A stretch of 46,081 nucleotides of DNA from Macrostomum lignano (taxonomy: Eukaryota): contig NIVC01002265.1 in assembly GCA_002269645.1 (NCBI GenBank), forward strand, positions 1 to 46,081. The letters are read 5' to 3'. Within the stretch, counting starts at the first letter, position 1, and every line of letters begins with the position of its first letter. Made by a program: the position numbers and the translations under genes. This document shows positions 27,600-41,901 of this stretch, in pieces. The notes under the pieces were generated by a model. It saw only the letters and a list, made by a program, of their open reading frames with translations, made no database searches and had not been told where the DNA came from.

Positions 27600-28135
27600 G
27601 AGCCTTGGCATCTAAGCAACCGCCATGACCCCATGAGCCTTGGCATCAATAAGCAACTCGCCATGACCCTCTGAGCCTTGGCATCTAATCAACCCGCCAT
27701 GACCCTATGAGCCTTGGCATCTAATCAACCCGCCATGACCCTATGAGCCTTGGCATCTAAGCAACCCGTCATCACCCTATGAGCCTTGGCATCTAAGCAA
27801 TCCGCCATGACCCCATGAGCCTTGGCATCTAAGCAACCCGCCATGATCCCATGAGCCTTGCATCGAAGCAACCCGCCATGACCCCATGAGCCTTGGCATC
27901 AATAAGCAACCCTCCATGACCCCATGAGCCTTGGCATCAATAAGCAACCCTCCATGACCCCATGAGCCTTGGCATCAATAAGCAACCCACCATGACCCCA
28001 TGAGCCTTGGCATCTAAGCAACCCACCATGACCCCATGAGCCTTGGCATCAATAAGCAACCCGCCATGACCCCATGAGCCTTGGCATCAATAAGCAACCC
28101 GCCATGACCCCATGAGTCTTGACATCCAAGCAATC
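27600..28135 (+). repeat. 36/38-bp minisatellite (GCCATGACCCCATGAGCCTTGGCATCTAAGCAACCC)n
   Basis: About 14 units. Confidence 0.94.
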
Positions 28136-29101
28136 CCAACCTTGGCCCACTAAGTAAATGCGAGTATCTAAAATTGAAATAATTGCATGAAGAATAGGGC
28201 CAAATATGGTGATGCAATAAAAGTGCACAAGGTCGACTTACAGGTAAAACGACCCGCTCACTGTAATAAACTTTAGCAGACAAGGCAATGGCGAGACTTT
28301 CTTTCTCTCAAGCTAACCCCCGCCCCCCCCTCCTCTACAAGCAGTCCCTGCTGGGCATTCCAGTCAATAGGCTTGTGCTCAAATGAAACATCAAAGAGTT
28401 GGCCCTAAACCTATTCAACCTATTTAGCATATAGCTATTCGCCCCGTGAGAAGTGCGAATTCTAGCTAACAGCAATGAATGGCTTGCCAGGCCCCCATAA
28501 ACAAGGCTGGAATTGCTTCTCCTAGCTTAGTTTTCGAGTGTCGGCTTTGTGCCGCCGGCTCACTTACATTAAAATGTATTGCTAAGTCTATATGAATAGC
28601 TTGAGTGCTCAAGTCTCACTGAGTAGTCACCCTGGCAGACCCCTGACTTGCTTCTCTTGTGAGCTGGTCTTTGCTGGGGGTGGGGTAGTTTTAACTTGAG
28701 GAAGTTCAGCTGAAGAGATGTTGAGCGCAGCTAACATGACGTGAGAGAGTAAGTGACAAAGCGAAGAACAAAATCGATAGTCAGGTGTGGCTAGTTAGTC
28801 GCTGGGACAATGAGCCACTTACTTGGAGTAAAAGATGAAAAGAGCCTTGACTTTCTTTTCCAAATATGCCAGTAGAAAACATTTTTGCCTTTTCTCGGAA
28901 ATCGTTGCCGTTTCTCTTAACTTTAACTCTGAGCTACCTACTAGCAGGAGATTCTGCAGCTGTTTCCCAATAAAACTCTGTCACCATGGAAACCCGTTGA
29001 GAGCAACGATTGTTCATAAAAGAAGGAAGCGAAAGGAACTGGGGAAGCCAATTGGTGAATCAGCCTAGCTCTGTAAATTTCTGCTAAGCAATGCCTCCGT
29101 A

Positions 29102-30007
29102 ATGAAGATTCATCATCTGTCTGTATTGCTGCTTTTTGCCCTCTCTGGTGCGACCAATTTCGCTTCGGCAACTGGCTGTCTTATCAAGCGACTGGGATTC
29201 CAACGCTACAAATTCCTGCCCAACTGTTCTCAATCCTTGATGCTAATCTCCGGTCGGATTGAGGACTGCCTCATGACTGCTGCTAGGTCGCCTGTCCAGT
29301 CGGCTGTCGTCATGCCAACCTATGAGTCAGGCGTCAAATGTCAGGTGACTGCCGCTCTGTGTCCCCGATACCAGCTGTGCGACACCGACTGTCCCTACAC
29401 TGCGTTCGTGCCAGCCAGCCTCATCAGCACCTTTGAGCTTGTAGTCATGAGCGTGAAGAGCGGCTGCGGTGTCGAGGTGTGGGACACGTTGACCCTGACC
29501 TCGGCGAACTCGGACTTCGTGGTGCAGCCGGCTCATCCGGACGCCTCCGTTCTGCCCGAAACTTTCCGCTCCAGTCTGCTGGACAATGTGCAGCGTTTGA
29601 TCTCCGGCTTGACCTACAAGCAGTTCATTGTGCAGCTGTACAATAATTCAACCGTTGTGATGAGACTCGTTTTCGATGTTGGGACGAACACCCCGAGTCT
29701 GAGCATGACGAACTGGTTCAGGAAGGAGCGCCTAGTCCATAGCTTGCCCGTGACCAATCTCGCCTCGATGTCTACAAACTACTTCAGCATTGAAAGCTCG
29801 TCTAAGAGACGGTTTTTCATTAACTTCCACTATAACACTTGTTCAGGTGACCGCGGATTGATGGCGGTACTGGACAAGCAGAGTGATGCATGCGCTATGT
29901 ACAAATACACGCAACCGATTCCACGAATCGTGTTCAGCTCGGATCCCAGCCAGTCCATGGAGTCAACAGTTCGGGACGCTGACTACATCGCTATTCTTGT
30001 GCGCTAG
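29102..30007 (+). CDS. Intronless secreted protein, 301 aa: signal peptide, Cys-containing N-terminal domain and a C-terminal domain of unnamed family
   Basis: ATG followed by a hydrophobic leader (LSVLLLFALSGATNFASA); GC-rich 906-nt ORF; independently supported by a homologous decayed copy on the - strand. Confidence 0.8.
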   Translation: MKIHHLSVLLLFALSGATNFASATGCLIKRLGFQRYKFLPNCSQSLMLISGRIEDCLMTAARSPVQSAVVMPTYESGVKCQVTAALCPRYQLCDTDCPYTAFVPASLISTFELVVMSVKSGCGVEVWDTLTLTSANSDFVVQPAHPDASVLPETFRSSLLDNVQRLISGLTYKQFIVQLYNNSTVVMRLVFDVGTNTPSLSMTNWFRKERLVHSLPVTNLASMSTNYFSIESSSKRRFFINFHYNTCSGDRGLMAVLDKQSDACAMYKYTQPIPRIVFSSDPSQSMESTVRDADYIAILVR

Positions 30008-30114
30008 AAGATCCGCCGAAGTACTAAGAGATAAAAATCAAACCGAATGGTCAACTTCAGCCTGTGTGGACCATATACGCTCCTAAAACACTGTTTTTGG
30101 ACAATGATTTCTAT

Positions 30115-31282
<1,168 letters not shown>

Positions 31283-31479
31283 CAAGGAAAGCAAACAAAT
31301 ATAAATTTAAACAATCACGCGTGAACAGAGTAGAATGAGATTTGCATAAACAATCGATACTGTTTACTGTTAATCTAAATTCGGCTGTTGGATATTATCA
31401 ATGCAAAAAATGGAATAAATAAAACGATTTGGTTTTTCGCTTTCGCTCTGTGTAGCGAACTGGCCAGAATATGAGATTT

Positions 31480-32300
31480 CTTCAGTTTTTTATTTTTCAG
31501 AACAGCCAAAAACGATAGTGAAAACTTATTGAAAGAGAGCTCGTGGACCGGGTGGTCAGGCCTCTTATTGTAGAAAATCTTTGGAATACAGTTAGTGAAG
31601 CTCAAATGGCTGCCGGCGTTACACAAATCTAGTAAATAGCCTGCTGTATGTTATCTATATCGTCTCCAGCAATACTAAACCTGTTGGTGTCTCAAGAAGC
31701 GATATTGGTGATTGGTCAGGATTCAATGAGTCTCTTTTTACCAAACCATGCTGTTCGTGATGTTGCAACGTCGGAAGAATCGACGTTTCAACGTCGAATG
31801 CGAGTCCAACTACGAGTTCTCGAGTTCTGCACAGCTGCACGATGAACTGTTTGTAGCCTTAAAGCCGGAGATCAGGTGCTGAATGTCGTCCGGAAGAGCA
31901 GAACGGAAGATGTCTTGTAGAACGGCGCGGATGAGTGCCGCTCTTAACGCTCAATACAAGATGCTCAAGGGTGTTCACCATGTTGACTGGCATGAGTATG
32001 GCGAAATCAGTGATGCACAGCTCGTAGCGAGGGCACAGTGGGTCGGTCAATCGACATGAATCTCCATTGTTGCTTTTGTCGCTCCTCAGAGTTCCAGGCT
32101 CGCGTACTGTAAAGTGAGGGGCTTGGCTTTTCTTTAAATCGGATGCAACTAAATGTTTTGCCTGTGGATACCACATTGCGGAAGTATCCTGCAGGACCAG
32201 ATTTCCTTTGCTCAATTCAATCACTATTGTCTAATGTATGCAATTAGCTCGTATTAAAATATCTGAAAGAAAGCATTTCGTGATACTCGTATATATGCGG
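31480..32300 (-). pseudogene. Decayed paralog of the 29102-30007 secreted-protein gene
   Basis: Fragments in several frames align in order: LCPRYELC/LCPRYQLC, LVLSVKSG/VVMSVKSG, FRSALPDDIQHLISG/FRSSLLDNVQRLISG, YKQFIVQL (identical), WFGKKRLIES*PITNIAS*DTNRFSI/WFRKERLVHSLPVTNLASMSTNYFSI, IPKIFY/IPRIVF. Two in-frame TGAs plus frameshifts. Boundaries approximate. Confidence 0.8.
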
Positions 32301-33344
32301 GCGAAAAGTTTAGTTTCAGGCAATATACCGGTATGGAATACCCTACTAGCCCCCCACTTTGAGCCTGTGACTGTGAGGGCAGACAATTGAAGCAACAATA
32401 GTACAACGGAGGGAACGAGGTGTATCTCAGAATTTTGTGCTCAGATACTGTGAAAGTCATACACTGAAAAAGTTTTAGTCACTGTCTGAGCTTGACTACT
32501 TATTAATTGTTCGATAGGAATATATATTTAACTATGTGTTACATGCAATTATGTTTGTAGACCCAGATCCAAGCGCAATATATAGAATAGAACGATATAA
32601 TTCAATGAATGCTTCAAATAATTCCTCAGATGAATAACTGCGGCGGGGGGGGGCTTTTTTGCTTCATTTTTGCACGCTCAAAACGATAAATAGCTCGTAT
32701 GTTGTATTATCAATCACTTACCCCCTGGTAAATGAACTCTCAACTGTTACAACATGATAGAGACATAACTTGCAATGTCGGCGGATCGATTGGTGGTGGT
32801 ACGTTCACTTAATCTCCGGATTCGTTAATTAGTTAATTTCTAAATTTAAGTTAGTAATTTTTTCCTGCATGGTATCGGGATCACTATCTTCTCTAATATA
32901 TAGGCCATCTCTCGACACATCTTACATGTAGCTGTCTTAGGGCTGACCGTCTGAGTGATTCTGGCTGGACTACGAACCAGCTGAGGCCACAGAGTATAAT
33001 TTCTTTGCTAAAGTCGGCCCCTGCATGCAATGCAATCCACTGCAAGGTATCCACTGTGCATGTGTATTGCAATGAAACTGGTCCTCTCATCTCACAAACG
33101 TCGCAGGCGTCAGTCGAAATGCCTGCACATATGTTGCTGGGCCACCGCGCCACTCTCCCAGATGCTCATGCAGTTTCTGGGCCACACTGCCATCCTAACA
33201 TTTGCACCCGTAACGGCATTAAATACATGTAATTTAGTTTTTATCCTGAGGCCAGACTGTTTTTGAAAGATTTTGCGCGGGAATTCAACTTTTATGCTTG
33301 TAATATATATTCATAGATTTGCCAGAGTGCTCATGCTGTCGTAC

Positions 33345-33906
33345 GAGCGTAGGATTCAAGAATTCGGGGGCTGAATTCCATGGATTTTATGGTGGGGGAC
33401 AAAGCCAATAATTATACATGTACATGAATAAATTCTTACATGTACATTATTCTCAGAATCGGTTGTTGTCAGCGCACTCATTTTAGCGCCTCAGGCACTC
33501 ATTTTTAGCGCCGCAGGCACTCACTTTAGCGCCTCAGGCACTCATTTTAGCGCCTCAGGCACTCATTTTTAGCGCCGCAGGCACTCATTTTTAGCGCCTC
33601 AGGCACTCATTTTAGCGTCGCAGGAACTCATTTTAGCGCCGCAGGCACTCATTTTAGCGCCGCAGGCACTCATTTTTAGCACCTCAGGCACTCATTTTAG
33701 CGCCGAAGGCACTCATTTTGGCGTCGCTGCAGGCACTCATTTTAGCATTGCAGGCACTATGCCTTGTCGCCCTGCAGCAAAATTATTGATTTCCATAACG
33801 GGTCAGGTGGAGTCGGGGGACAAAGCATTAGATTAGGCATGTCCCCCGGATCTTTTACTGAGGGGGGACATGTCCCCCCCTGTCCCCCCCGTTGGCGACG
33901 CCCCTG
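33345..33906. mobile_element. Possible MITE-like element carrying an internal minisatellite
   Basis: GC-rich end GTTGGCGACGCCCCTG, 18-bp palindrome GGGGGGACATGTCCCCCC at 33862-33879, two GGGGGACAAAGC motifs; no matching left TIR or TSD found. Confidence 0.3.
33472..33760 (+). repeat. 21/22-bp minisatellite (CACTCATTTTAGCGCCGCAGG)n
   Basis: About 13 units. Confidence 0.93.
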
Positions 33907-35991
33907 CAAGAATTGTGGTATACCAGTATCGAAACAACACCAAAATGCACTTGAAGTCCATAAAGCCTAAGATCAAAAGGAGAAAAGTCGGCAAAAAGCT
34001 GACACGCAGATTGTCTTCCGAAGCAATACGAGCGTACAGTTTGGAACTATGATTAAAAGCCAAAATGATCAAATAACAAATTATTATTAATTGTCCCAAA
34101 AATATAAAAAATTGTAGATAAAATATTTTAAAACTGTGCTCCTTGCTACATATGGTCGGTGTTAGTTTAAATAGGTAGCTTCACTTAACTTGGATTGTTA
34201 ATGCTCACTCAAAAAACAATCATGAACTCAGTTGAAATGACCATAGGAGCTATGTCTAAGATCAATAGTGTGGATATAAAAACCTTACTCAACCTAACCA
34301 AACTATAGCTTCAGATAAACTAGGCCCCTCTCACTATTTTGTTAACTGCTATGGCCACATTCAAGAAGGTATCACATGCACCGGAGTATTTTTAAGCATA
34401 TTTTTGCGCTGTGCGCGACGTATAATTACATTTTTTCGCCGAGTTAATTGTTATTGGCAATATGAAGTGCATAAAACACTAACAGTGAATCGCAGCCAGA
34501 GAATAAACCGAAAAACGAAAAACGCAAAACAAAACAAATTTTAAATATTTATTTGACACTTTTTGTTCTTATACGCAGTTATTGTTTAAAACTCTGTATA
34601 ATTCTAAAAATTACGTTTAAAATTGCGTTAACTTAAAATCCGTTGAAAATTTCCTCGAAATACTATTTTAAATTTTAATTTTAATTTCGTAAATTTGTAT
34701 TTATTATTATTATTGCAAAACTCGTACTTATGCATAAGGTTTTCCTTCTACTCTTGAATTTTTATTTAATACACTGACGTATACTGGCCAAACAGGCTTC
34801 CCGCCTGAGCCAAACTTACTACTACTACTACTACGAGCTACTTTCAAGACCGCGGTCGTTGTTTAAGTGGCGCACTCATCGATTGTAATACATAATACAA
34901 TCCGAGTATACAAAAAAGCCCATTTCTCGCACTACACACAGTACTTAAACGACGAATTTTGTGCACACCCTTGTGTGCCAAATTTTTCTGATCAGTTTTT
35001 AGTTGTTACGCCGATAGTATATTTTTCTAATTAGCTTTTGCTGTGCATGTGCCATGATGTGCGCAGTGTGCGTCGCCTTGCGCAAACTTTTTGTTTATGA
35101 GCGCTGGAATTATCTGCCATAATATACAAGTTTTTACGTGTGGATTAGTCTTCTAGTTGCTTTTGGCCTAGCAATTTAGTTTTGTTTCTTTAGGTTAGGC
35201 CCTACTTTATTGCATGCCATGGCATGGGCATGGGCAATATTATATAAATATAATAGAAAATTTCTAGGCCTACTAGAAATTGAAGAATTAATACATATTA
35301 AAATAAGATTTTTAAACATTAATAAGTATCTAAAGTATCCAAGTGATCAAAAGTCAGAACTAGGGTGCATGAGAATTTTCCAAAGCATAGGCCGTAGTCT
35401 TGAGTATGCACTATGCATGCAAGATTTTTTTGCTTTGCACACTGCATGTGGGAGGGTTGCATTAAATTCACTAATTTGCCAATGGACTGGGGGCATTGAA
35501 CTGCAGAAGGCAGCTAGGTCTATAGAAGCTTCAAGTTTGATTCTATAAAACAATGTCTTCTGATGAAGTATTCAATTTTTTTTAACAAGAGACAGCAAAT
35601 AAGCAACACTTAAAGAAATGCTTATTGTAGTGATTTTAATAATAATATATTGCCTTCTAGTACTAAAAACATTGCATATTTTATCATTATTTTAGAATAA
35701 TTATTTTAAAAAGTATCATATAATGTTTTTAAAGGCCTAAAAAATTCCTGTGAGACATAGTTCTAGTGGCAAATTCATAGCTCTGATAGTGGTGAGATGC
35801 CAAAAAAACTTTAAATGTGGCACTATTGTGCAAAACATTGCAAAAAAACTTTTCTAACTCCTTGCTATATGCTATGCATATAGTACTAGACTGCCTGGAA
35901 CCTTGTACGCAAGAATTTTCCTCACAAAACAGCATCTTTGGGAGTAGGCCTATGGCCCATAGGCTTACACTTAGGAATGTCTACCAAGATC

Positions 35992-36668
35992 CCATAGTCA
36001 GGAAGGTGGCAAATGCACGCGGGAATCAATTTATGGAAAAATCCTTGGTGCACGCCAATGTACGCCAATTTTTAAAAACCCTTAACGTGACATTTCTGTT
36101 GCACGCCAAAAATCTTGAATACCAAAAATCATGTACGCCAAAAATTGTGTATACCGTATTAGATACTATTTTTAAATAAATTTTCTACTTACGTTAAACA
36201 AAGTTTATATAAAAAAAGGAAATTCGCTACAAAGAACATAGTGAGTATCAAAAACTTTTTCTTCACATTTCAGGAAACAAATAAACTAAAAGTCTACAAG
36301 AGTCACAAAATAAGAGCGTTTAAAAGTTATTGGATATTTTAATTTTAATGTAGGCTGTAGAGTGTAGGCCTGGCTGTAGGCTAGGCTATAGCCTCAACTA
36401 GTTGGTTTAATCAATATTCAAATTCAATTGTTCACATTTAACTTTATATATTGTATATATATAGTGTATACATCTATATCTGACTTGTTGATATACTGTC
36501 AGTTTGTAATTGCACGCCAAGGTTACACGCCAAGTAAAAAACTTGTACACTGAAAATTTAAGTGTGGCTTGAGACCCCTATTCGCACGCCAACTTTGCAC
36601 GCCAACATTTTAGCGTGGCTTGTGCACGCGGGAAAATTCCCACGTGCAGGCCACCTTCCTGAGTATGG
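35992..36668. mobile_element. MITE A (677 bp), non-autonomous DNA transposon
   Basis: TIR CCATAGTCAGGAAGGTGGC / GCCACCTTCCTGAGTATGG (18/19); 8-bp TSD CCAAGATC at 35984-35991 and 36669-36676; repeated internal ACGCCA motifs. Confidence 0.88.
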
Positions 36669-36812
36669 CCAAGATCCCATTGCAGAGATGTTGGAAAATT
36701 TATGTTGTTTATTTCTCTTCTATTTAATTGTCTTATTTTTTTAGGCTATAGAGTTTTTTCTATAGGCCTATTATATGCCTGTGTTTCTATATGTAGATTA
36801 GGTCCCATATAT

Positions 36813-37401
36813 CCATAGTCAGGATGATGTACATTACGCCAGAAATTTCTGGCGTACAATTGAAAATTTTACTTTTTTTGGCATACAATTGGCATAAAAA
36901 ATGAGGCAAAATATATTTGGCATTCCTTTTGGTGTGACGCCGTGGTGTAAATATGCCAAGCAACGCATGCCAACTCCAACCTTCATGCCAAAGTTAATAT
37001 TAACAATTGTTGGCATAACACCGTAACCTCAGAATCTTATTATAAAATCATAAAAACCGTAAAACTCGTAAGATGAAAGTTCATAACTATTCGGGATTAA
37101 TAAAAATTTAAAATTCCACGCAAACTAATCGTGTAATTTTCTAAAAAACTTAAACAAAAAATTGATTTTTGTTGGCATTTTCTGTAAGCCAATTTACTTT
37201 TAATGAAAACCACATATTTTTTTAAATAATTTATTTGAAGAAAAATGTGTAACACGCAAAAAAGGTCATTTATTGTCGCAAAGCCTAGAAAACCTGGCGT
37301 AAGTTCCTAGGACCTTGGCGTACGTTTCAGTATGAAATGGCATAGATTTTTTTAGGGGACTTTTTATTCCGGCGTATACCATGACATGATCCTGACTATG
37401 G
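36813..37401. mobile_element. MITE B (589 bp), related to MITE A
   Basis: TIR CCATAGTCAGGATGATGT / ACATGATCCTGACTATGG (17/18); 8-bp TSD CCATATAT at 36805-36812 and 37402-37409. Confidence 0.88.
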
Positions 37402-38139
37402 CCATATATTATATCTATGAAATTAAATGAAAAAATAAACAACAAAAATAAACAAGTTAAATAAAACTTCTTTGCTTTTAAATAATAAAACCACATTTGC
37501 CACTTTTAAATATATTTTAGATAAAATTCATATGAAATTAAACAAGTGCTTTGAAAATTTTTAAGAAGCAAAGACAGTATTTAAAATAAACTATTTAAAA
37601 TAGAATGTAATAGAGTAAACAGACTGAACTAGAAAAATGGATAAGAAGGAATCTTGTTTTTTTTAATTTAAATGATATATAATATTAAATGCAATTCTTG
37701 AAGAATATCAAAGCTAAAGAAATTTTCTACTTAAAAAGTGCAAATATGCTACAAATGGCAAAGTATGTTAAAAGTGCTATATATTTTTGAAATTTTCAAT
37801 TTTTTTATTTGTATGTATAACTTTTTTTATTAAAATATATAGCACTTATATTTATGTTAATAAAAAATACATAAATGTTTTAATAAAAAAATATTTTTTT
37901 ACTTACTTTTTATTTATTTATTTATTTATTATTTAAATAAAAAGATTATATAAAATAAAAAGATTGTATAAAATTTATAAAAAAAATTATTATTTATAAT
38001 TTGATTTTAAATAAAATGATGATTTTATTATAAATGATGATTTGGTGATTTTAATTTTTTAATTAAGTAATTAATTTTTTAATTTAAACATTCATATATA
38101 TTTATTAACATGTTTTTAACAATATATCTAAATATTGTC

Positions 38140-38260
38140 TCTGTATATACTAAAACTGACGCGATGTTTGTCTGTCTGTATGTTGCAAGTGAACTCCTAC
38201 AATACTAGCAAGTCAGCATCAAAACTTAGCAGAAAACTGCTTTTTTTAACCCCTAATAAC
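38140..38260 (+). mobile_element. Possible Helitron-like 5' end
   Basis: TCTGTATATACTAAAACTGACGCGATGTTTGTCTGTCTGTATGT resembles non-autonomous Helitron 5' ends; no matching 3' end found. Confidence 0.3.
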
Positions 38261-39084
38261 CTTCTTTGGCCACACTGCTTGGGGCTGTAGCCAGTTTATA
38301 AAAAAAACCCTCTTTATCTCATCGCAGGTCCTTTATATTGGGTGCACATTTTTTGCGTTCACTGGAAATAAAGCCCCCGCATGTTAGGGATGCAGTTAAT
38401 TTATTGATTCTCCCAGAATGGGTGGGTTGGGCTTGGGCTAAGTGTAGATAGCAATATACAATGTAAACAAATAGATAGGACAGTGTCAAGATTCAATTGG
38501 TTTTATTATTGGCCTTTATATTAGCTGGGCAAGTTAAATTCAATCAACAAACTTGCAAGCCTCTCAGAAAAGCAGTCAGAAAATTGGGAAATTTCAAATG
38601 CTAACTGTTCTTCAAGTTTTAAACTTTGAGAAAGAGCTAAAAAGAGCTTGCAAAGCTGAGTTCAGGGATATAAGTTTCTTGCTTTAAATATTAAAACTAA
38701 AAGCATAGCATTTAAAAAATGATTCCATACTATTAACTTTCTGCAAAGATTGTACTTATTTTTGCAATAGGTCAGAGACAAAGTTGGAGGGGTTCAACTT
38801 TTACTTGTTGCTGTATATTGGAGAGGGGTTGGTCACTGTGTATTGGATGGTTGATTTAAATTATGCAATCATTTTGTTAACTTTAACTGAGACTGATACT
38901 GACTGACTGAGGAATAAGTTGCACAGTCAATTGATTCAATTGGTTCCATTTTTACTTATTGGGGCCTTTTAACATGTAGGCAGCTCTGTGCAGCTCTTAC
39001 CCTAACCCTAACCATTGAACCCTAAGAGTTGAGTTCTTTTGTCAGAAAAAAATTTTGATTGAGTCCATTTTTATGGAAAGGATT

Positions 39085-39170
39085 TCTGTTTTGCAAAGAG
39101 GATTTTGGTGGGTCTCTGTTTTGCAAAGAGGATTTTGGTGGGTCTCTGTTTTACAAAGAGGATTTCGATG
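39085..39170 (+). repeat. 30-bp repeat x~3 (CTGTTTTGCAAAGAGGATTTTGGTGGGTCT)
   Basis: Direct reading. Confidence 0.75.
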
Positions 39171-39184
39171 GATTTGGCACCTTC

Positions 39185-40030
39185 AGTCAGTCAGAGAAGA
39201 GAGTAAAGAGAAAAGTGAATAGAGAAGAGTGGAGAGATGATAGAAAAGAAAGCAGATATGAGAGGAGTTGAGGACAGATTACAGATAAGAGGGGAGATCT
39301 GAGGTAGCAGAGAAAAGAGGAGGGATAAGAGCGTACAGAGGAAATAGAAGAGAAGAAAGAGTAGAGACAAAAGACAAGGGAGAAGAGATAAATAGGGGAG
39401 TAGAGATGACAGGAGAGAGAGAGAGGAGAGACAATATAGGAGAGATAAAAGATCAGAGATAAAAGAGGTAAGATAAGAAAATAGTAAGGAGAAAGAAAAA
39501 GAAAAAATGAGAGTGCAGAGAGGAGAGAGAAGAGATGCGATGAGAAAGATGGGTGAGAAAATAAAAGAGAAGAGATTAGAGATTAGAGAAGAGAGGGGAG
39601 AAGATGAGAGGAGAAAGGAAAGGAGAGAAGAGAGAATGGAGAGGAGAGAAAAGAGAGAAGAGGGAGACAGGAGATGATAGAAAAGAGAGAAAAAAGATGG
39701 GATATAAGAAAGGAGGGTAAGAGTGTATAGGAGATATTAAAAATAAAAGCAGAGAAAAGAGAGAAAAAGAAGAGAAAGAGAGAAGGTAGAGTAGAGATGA
39801 TAGATAAGAGAGTTTGAGAGTTGAGAGAGTACATGAGAGAGGAGACAGGAGAGAGTAGACATGAAAGATGAGGGAGAAGAGATAAATAAGGGAGTAGAGA
39901 TGAGAGGAGAGAGAGGAGAGACTAGATATAAGATAGCAAAGAAGAGAGAGCAGAGATGAGAGACTAGAGATAAGAGAGCAGATGAGAAAGGAGAGATAAG
40001 AGACTACACTGTAGAGATAAGAGAGCAAAA
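39185..40030 (+). repeat. Purine-rich (G/A) low-complexity tract, ~850 bp
   Basis: Overwhelmingly G and A on the + strand, with no fixed period. Confidence 0.9.
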
Positions 40031-41292
40031 AGGCTTTATAGAGGATTTGGAAATGATTTGAAAGATGGGATTCAAGTCATGGAGTTTCAGCTGATAGATT
40101 TGAAGGAATGGAATTCTAGTGATAGGAGTCCTTCCCCTTTCTCCTCCAAAGGAAGAGTTCCACTTGTTACAGAAAATACACCACAAAAGTAAGAAAAAAT
40201 CTTAAAAAATAGTCATATCATTTTTGTTCCTTGACCAACTTTTTTATAAACTAAGTGTTATTGAAAACTTTTCAATAAGATGTATATATTGTAATGCAAC
40301 TATTAGCTAAAACAAAATGTTCCAGTGGTTTTTGAAGCTTTTCATGAAATGAACTTAAAATATATTTAATGGGACTATAGCACTAACTAAAACTTGAATT
40401 TGAGTTGCTTTATATTAGTCAATGGCCTCTTTATACCTTTGCACATATGGCTTTAGAAATTCTATAGTCTTATATTCACAAACTGCGAGAAATTTCTGTT
40501 TTATTTAATATTTCCATTTTTTCAACTTAAAAATCTTATTAGAAGCCCTAAATATGGTATAATTTATTAATAAGATGATGTTTTTGTCATTTTTTCACCA
40601 TTTTTTAGAATGTTAAAAATTAAATCAATTACAAGCCTTGGCACTCTTGCGCAAAAGAGAAAATTACTTGTGTGCAACTAATTAGTGAGAATAACTATGA
40701 CTATTTTGATAAGCAAATAGCTTATCTTCTAATTAGTCTGCTATCCGACGGTGGTCTAGCATGCAGTAGGATATCAATGTTTCATGGCATTTAGAACTCT
40801 AAAAAATATTTAGGGCTCTAATAAGGGAGCTTGCTGTCTTTTTGTACAAATGATTTTCTAAAATGATATTGTGATAGCCTGGTATATTTGTCTATAGGCA
40901 ATTCTTATAGCTTTATTATTTGTGTATGGAAATTTAAATTGTTTTTTAGGTTAGTCATTAAACAAACATTTCTAGCTAAAACTAAATTAAATTTGCATGG
41001 CCAGTGTAATTTTACCCTAGACAAAATTTAGACTTATATTTTTAGTCAAATTAGACTATGGTTGGCCATTGTTGTCTATCTATAGCCTAATTATACATAT
41101 TGAATAATAAATATAAAGATTAAAATAGCCTATAGCCTGACCTAGAAAATTTCCAGTTATCCCATTTTGTTTCAACACTTACTTGGAAGTAGTCTAGGAG
41201 AAGTAATGCAACAAATAGATAAAAAGCTTCACTTGAATTGCGGTAGAGAAGCACTCTTAACAGATAATAGTAAGACAAAACTCAATATTATT

Positions 41293-41330
41293 TGCGACGC
41301 GTTTCGGCTAAAACTAGCCATCTTCAGGCA
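41293..41330 (-). ncRNA. Second, identical hammerhead ribozyme motif on the opposite strand
   Basis: Exact reverse complement of 41902-41939. Confidence 0.7.
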
Positions 41331-41470
41331 CTATCGAACAGAATTTATTTCAACCTATTAAATACTGTGTAGACGACAAAATCAGGTATTGAAAAGATAT
41401 AAAAGGACTAAAGGATCAATGTACAGCATAGCAATGTTCATAATATTTTTTGTGGAATGACAGGACAGAG

Positions 41471-41515
<45 letters not shown>

Positions 41516-41720
41516 GCGTATGCGCCCCAAATGTACTCTAGCTTAGAACACCAACAGCTGTTCACTCGCACCTCCTCCAGATAGTTGGACATTGAGAGTG
41601 GGTTTGTGTAACTTTAAAGTGGGTAACTTTAAACCCACTCTCAATGTCCAACTATCTGGAGGAGGTGCGAGTGAACAGCTGTTGGTGTTCTAAGCTAGAG
41701 TACATTTGGGGCGCATACGC

Positions 41721-41761
<41 letters not shown>

Positions 41762-41901
41762 CTCTGTCCTGTCATTCCACAAAAAATATTATGAACATTG
41801 CTATGCTGTACATTGATCCTTTAGTCCTTTTATATCTTTTCAATACCTGATTTTGTCGTCTACACAGTATTTAATAGGTTGAAATAAATTCTGTTCGATA
41901 G

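Noticed and set aside
31770-31800. GAAACGTC on the minus strand as a hammerhead 3' half
   Set aside because: No upstream CUGANGA; it is the FDV codon region of the pseudogene.
32893-33266. ORFs including WFVVQPESL, echoing DFVVQP of the 29102 protein
   Set aside because: A five-residue match only; no other colinear similarity found.
35210-36744. Several 60-120-aa ORFs in AT-rich DNA and within MITE A
   Set aside because: No transposase or other motifs; low-complexity composition.
39576-40028. Leu/Ser/Phe-rich ORFs resembling membrane proteins
   Set aside because: Translation of the pyrimidine strand of the GA-rich tract.
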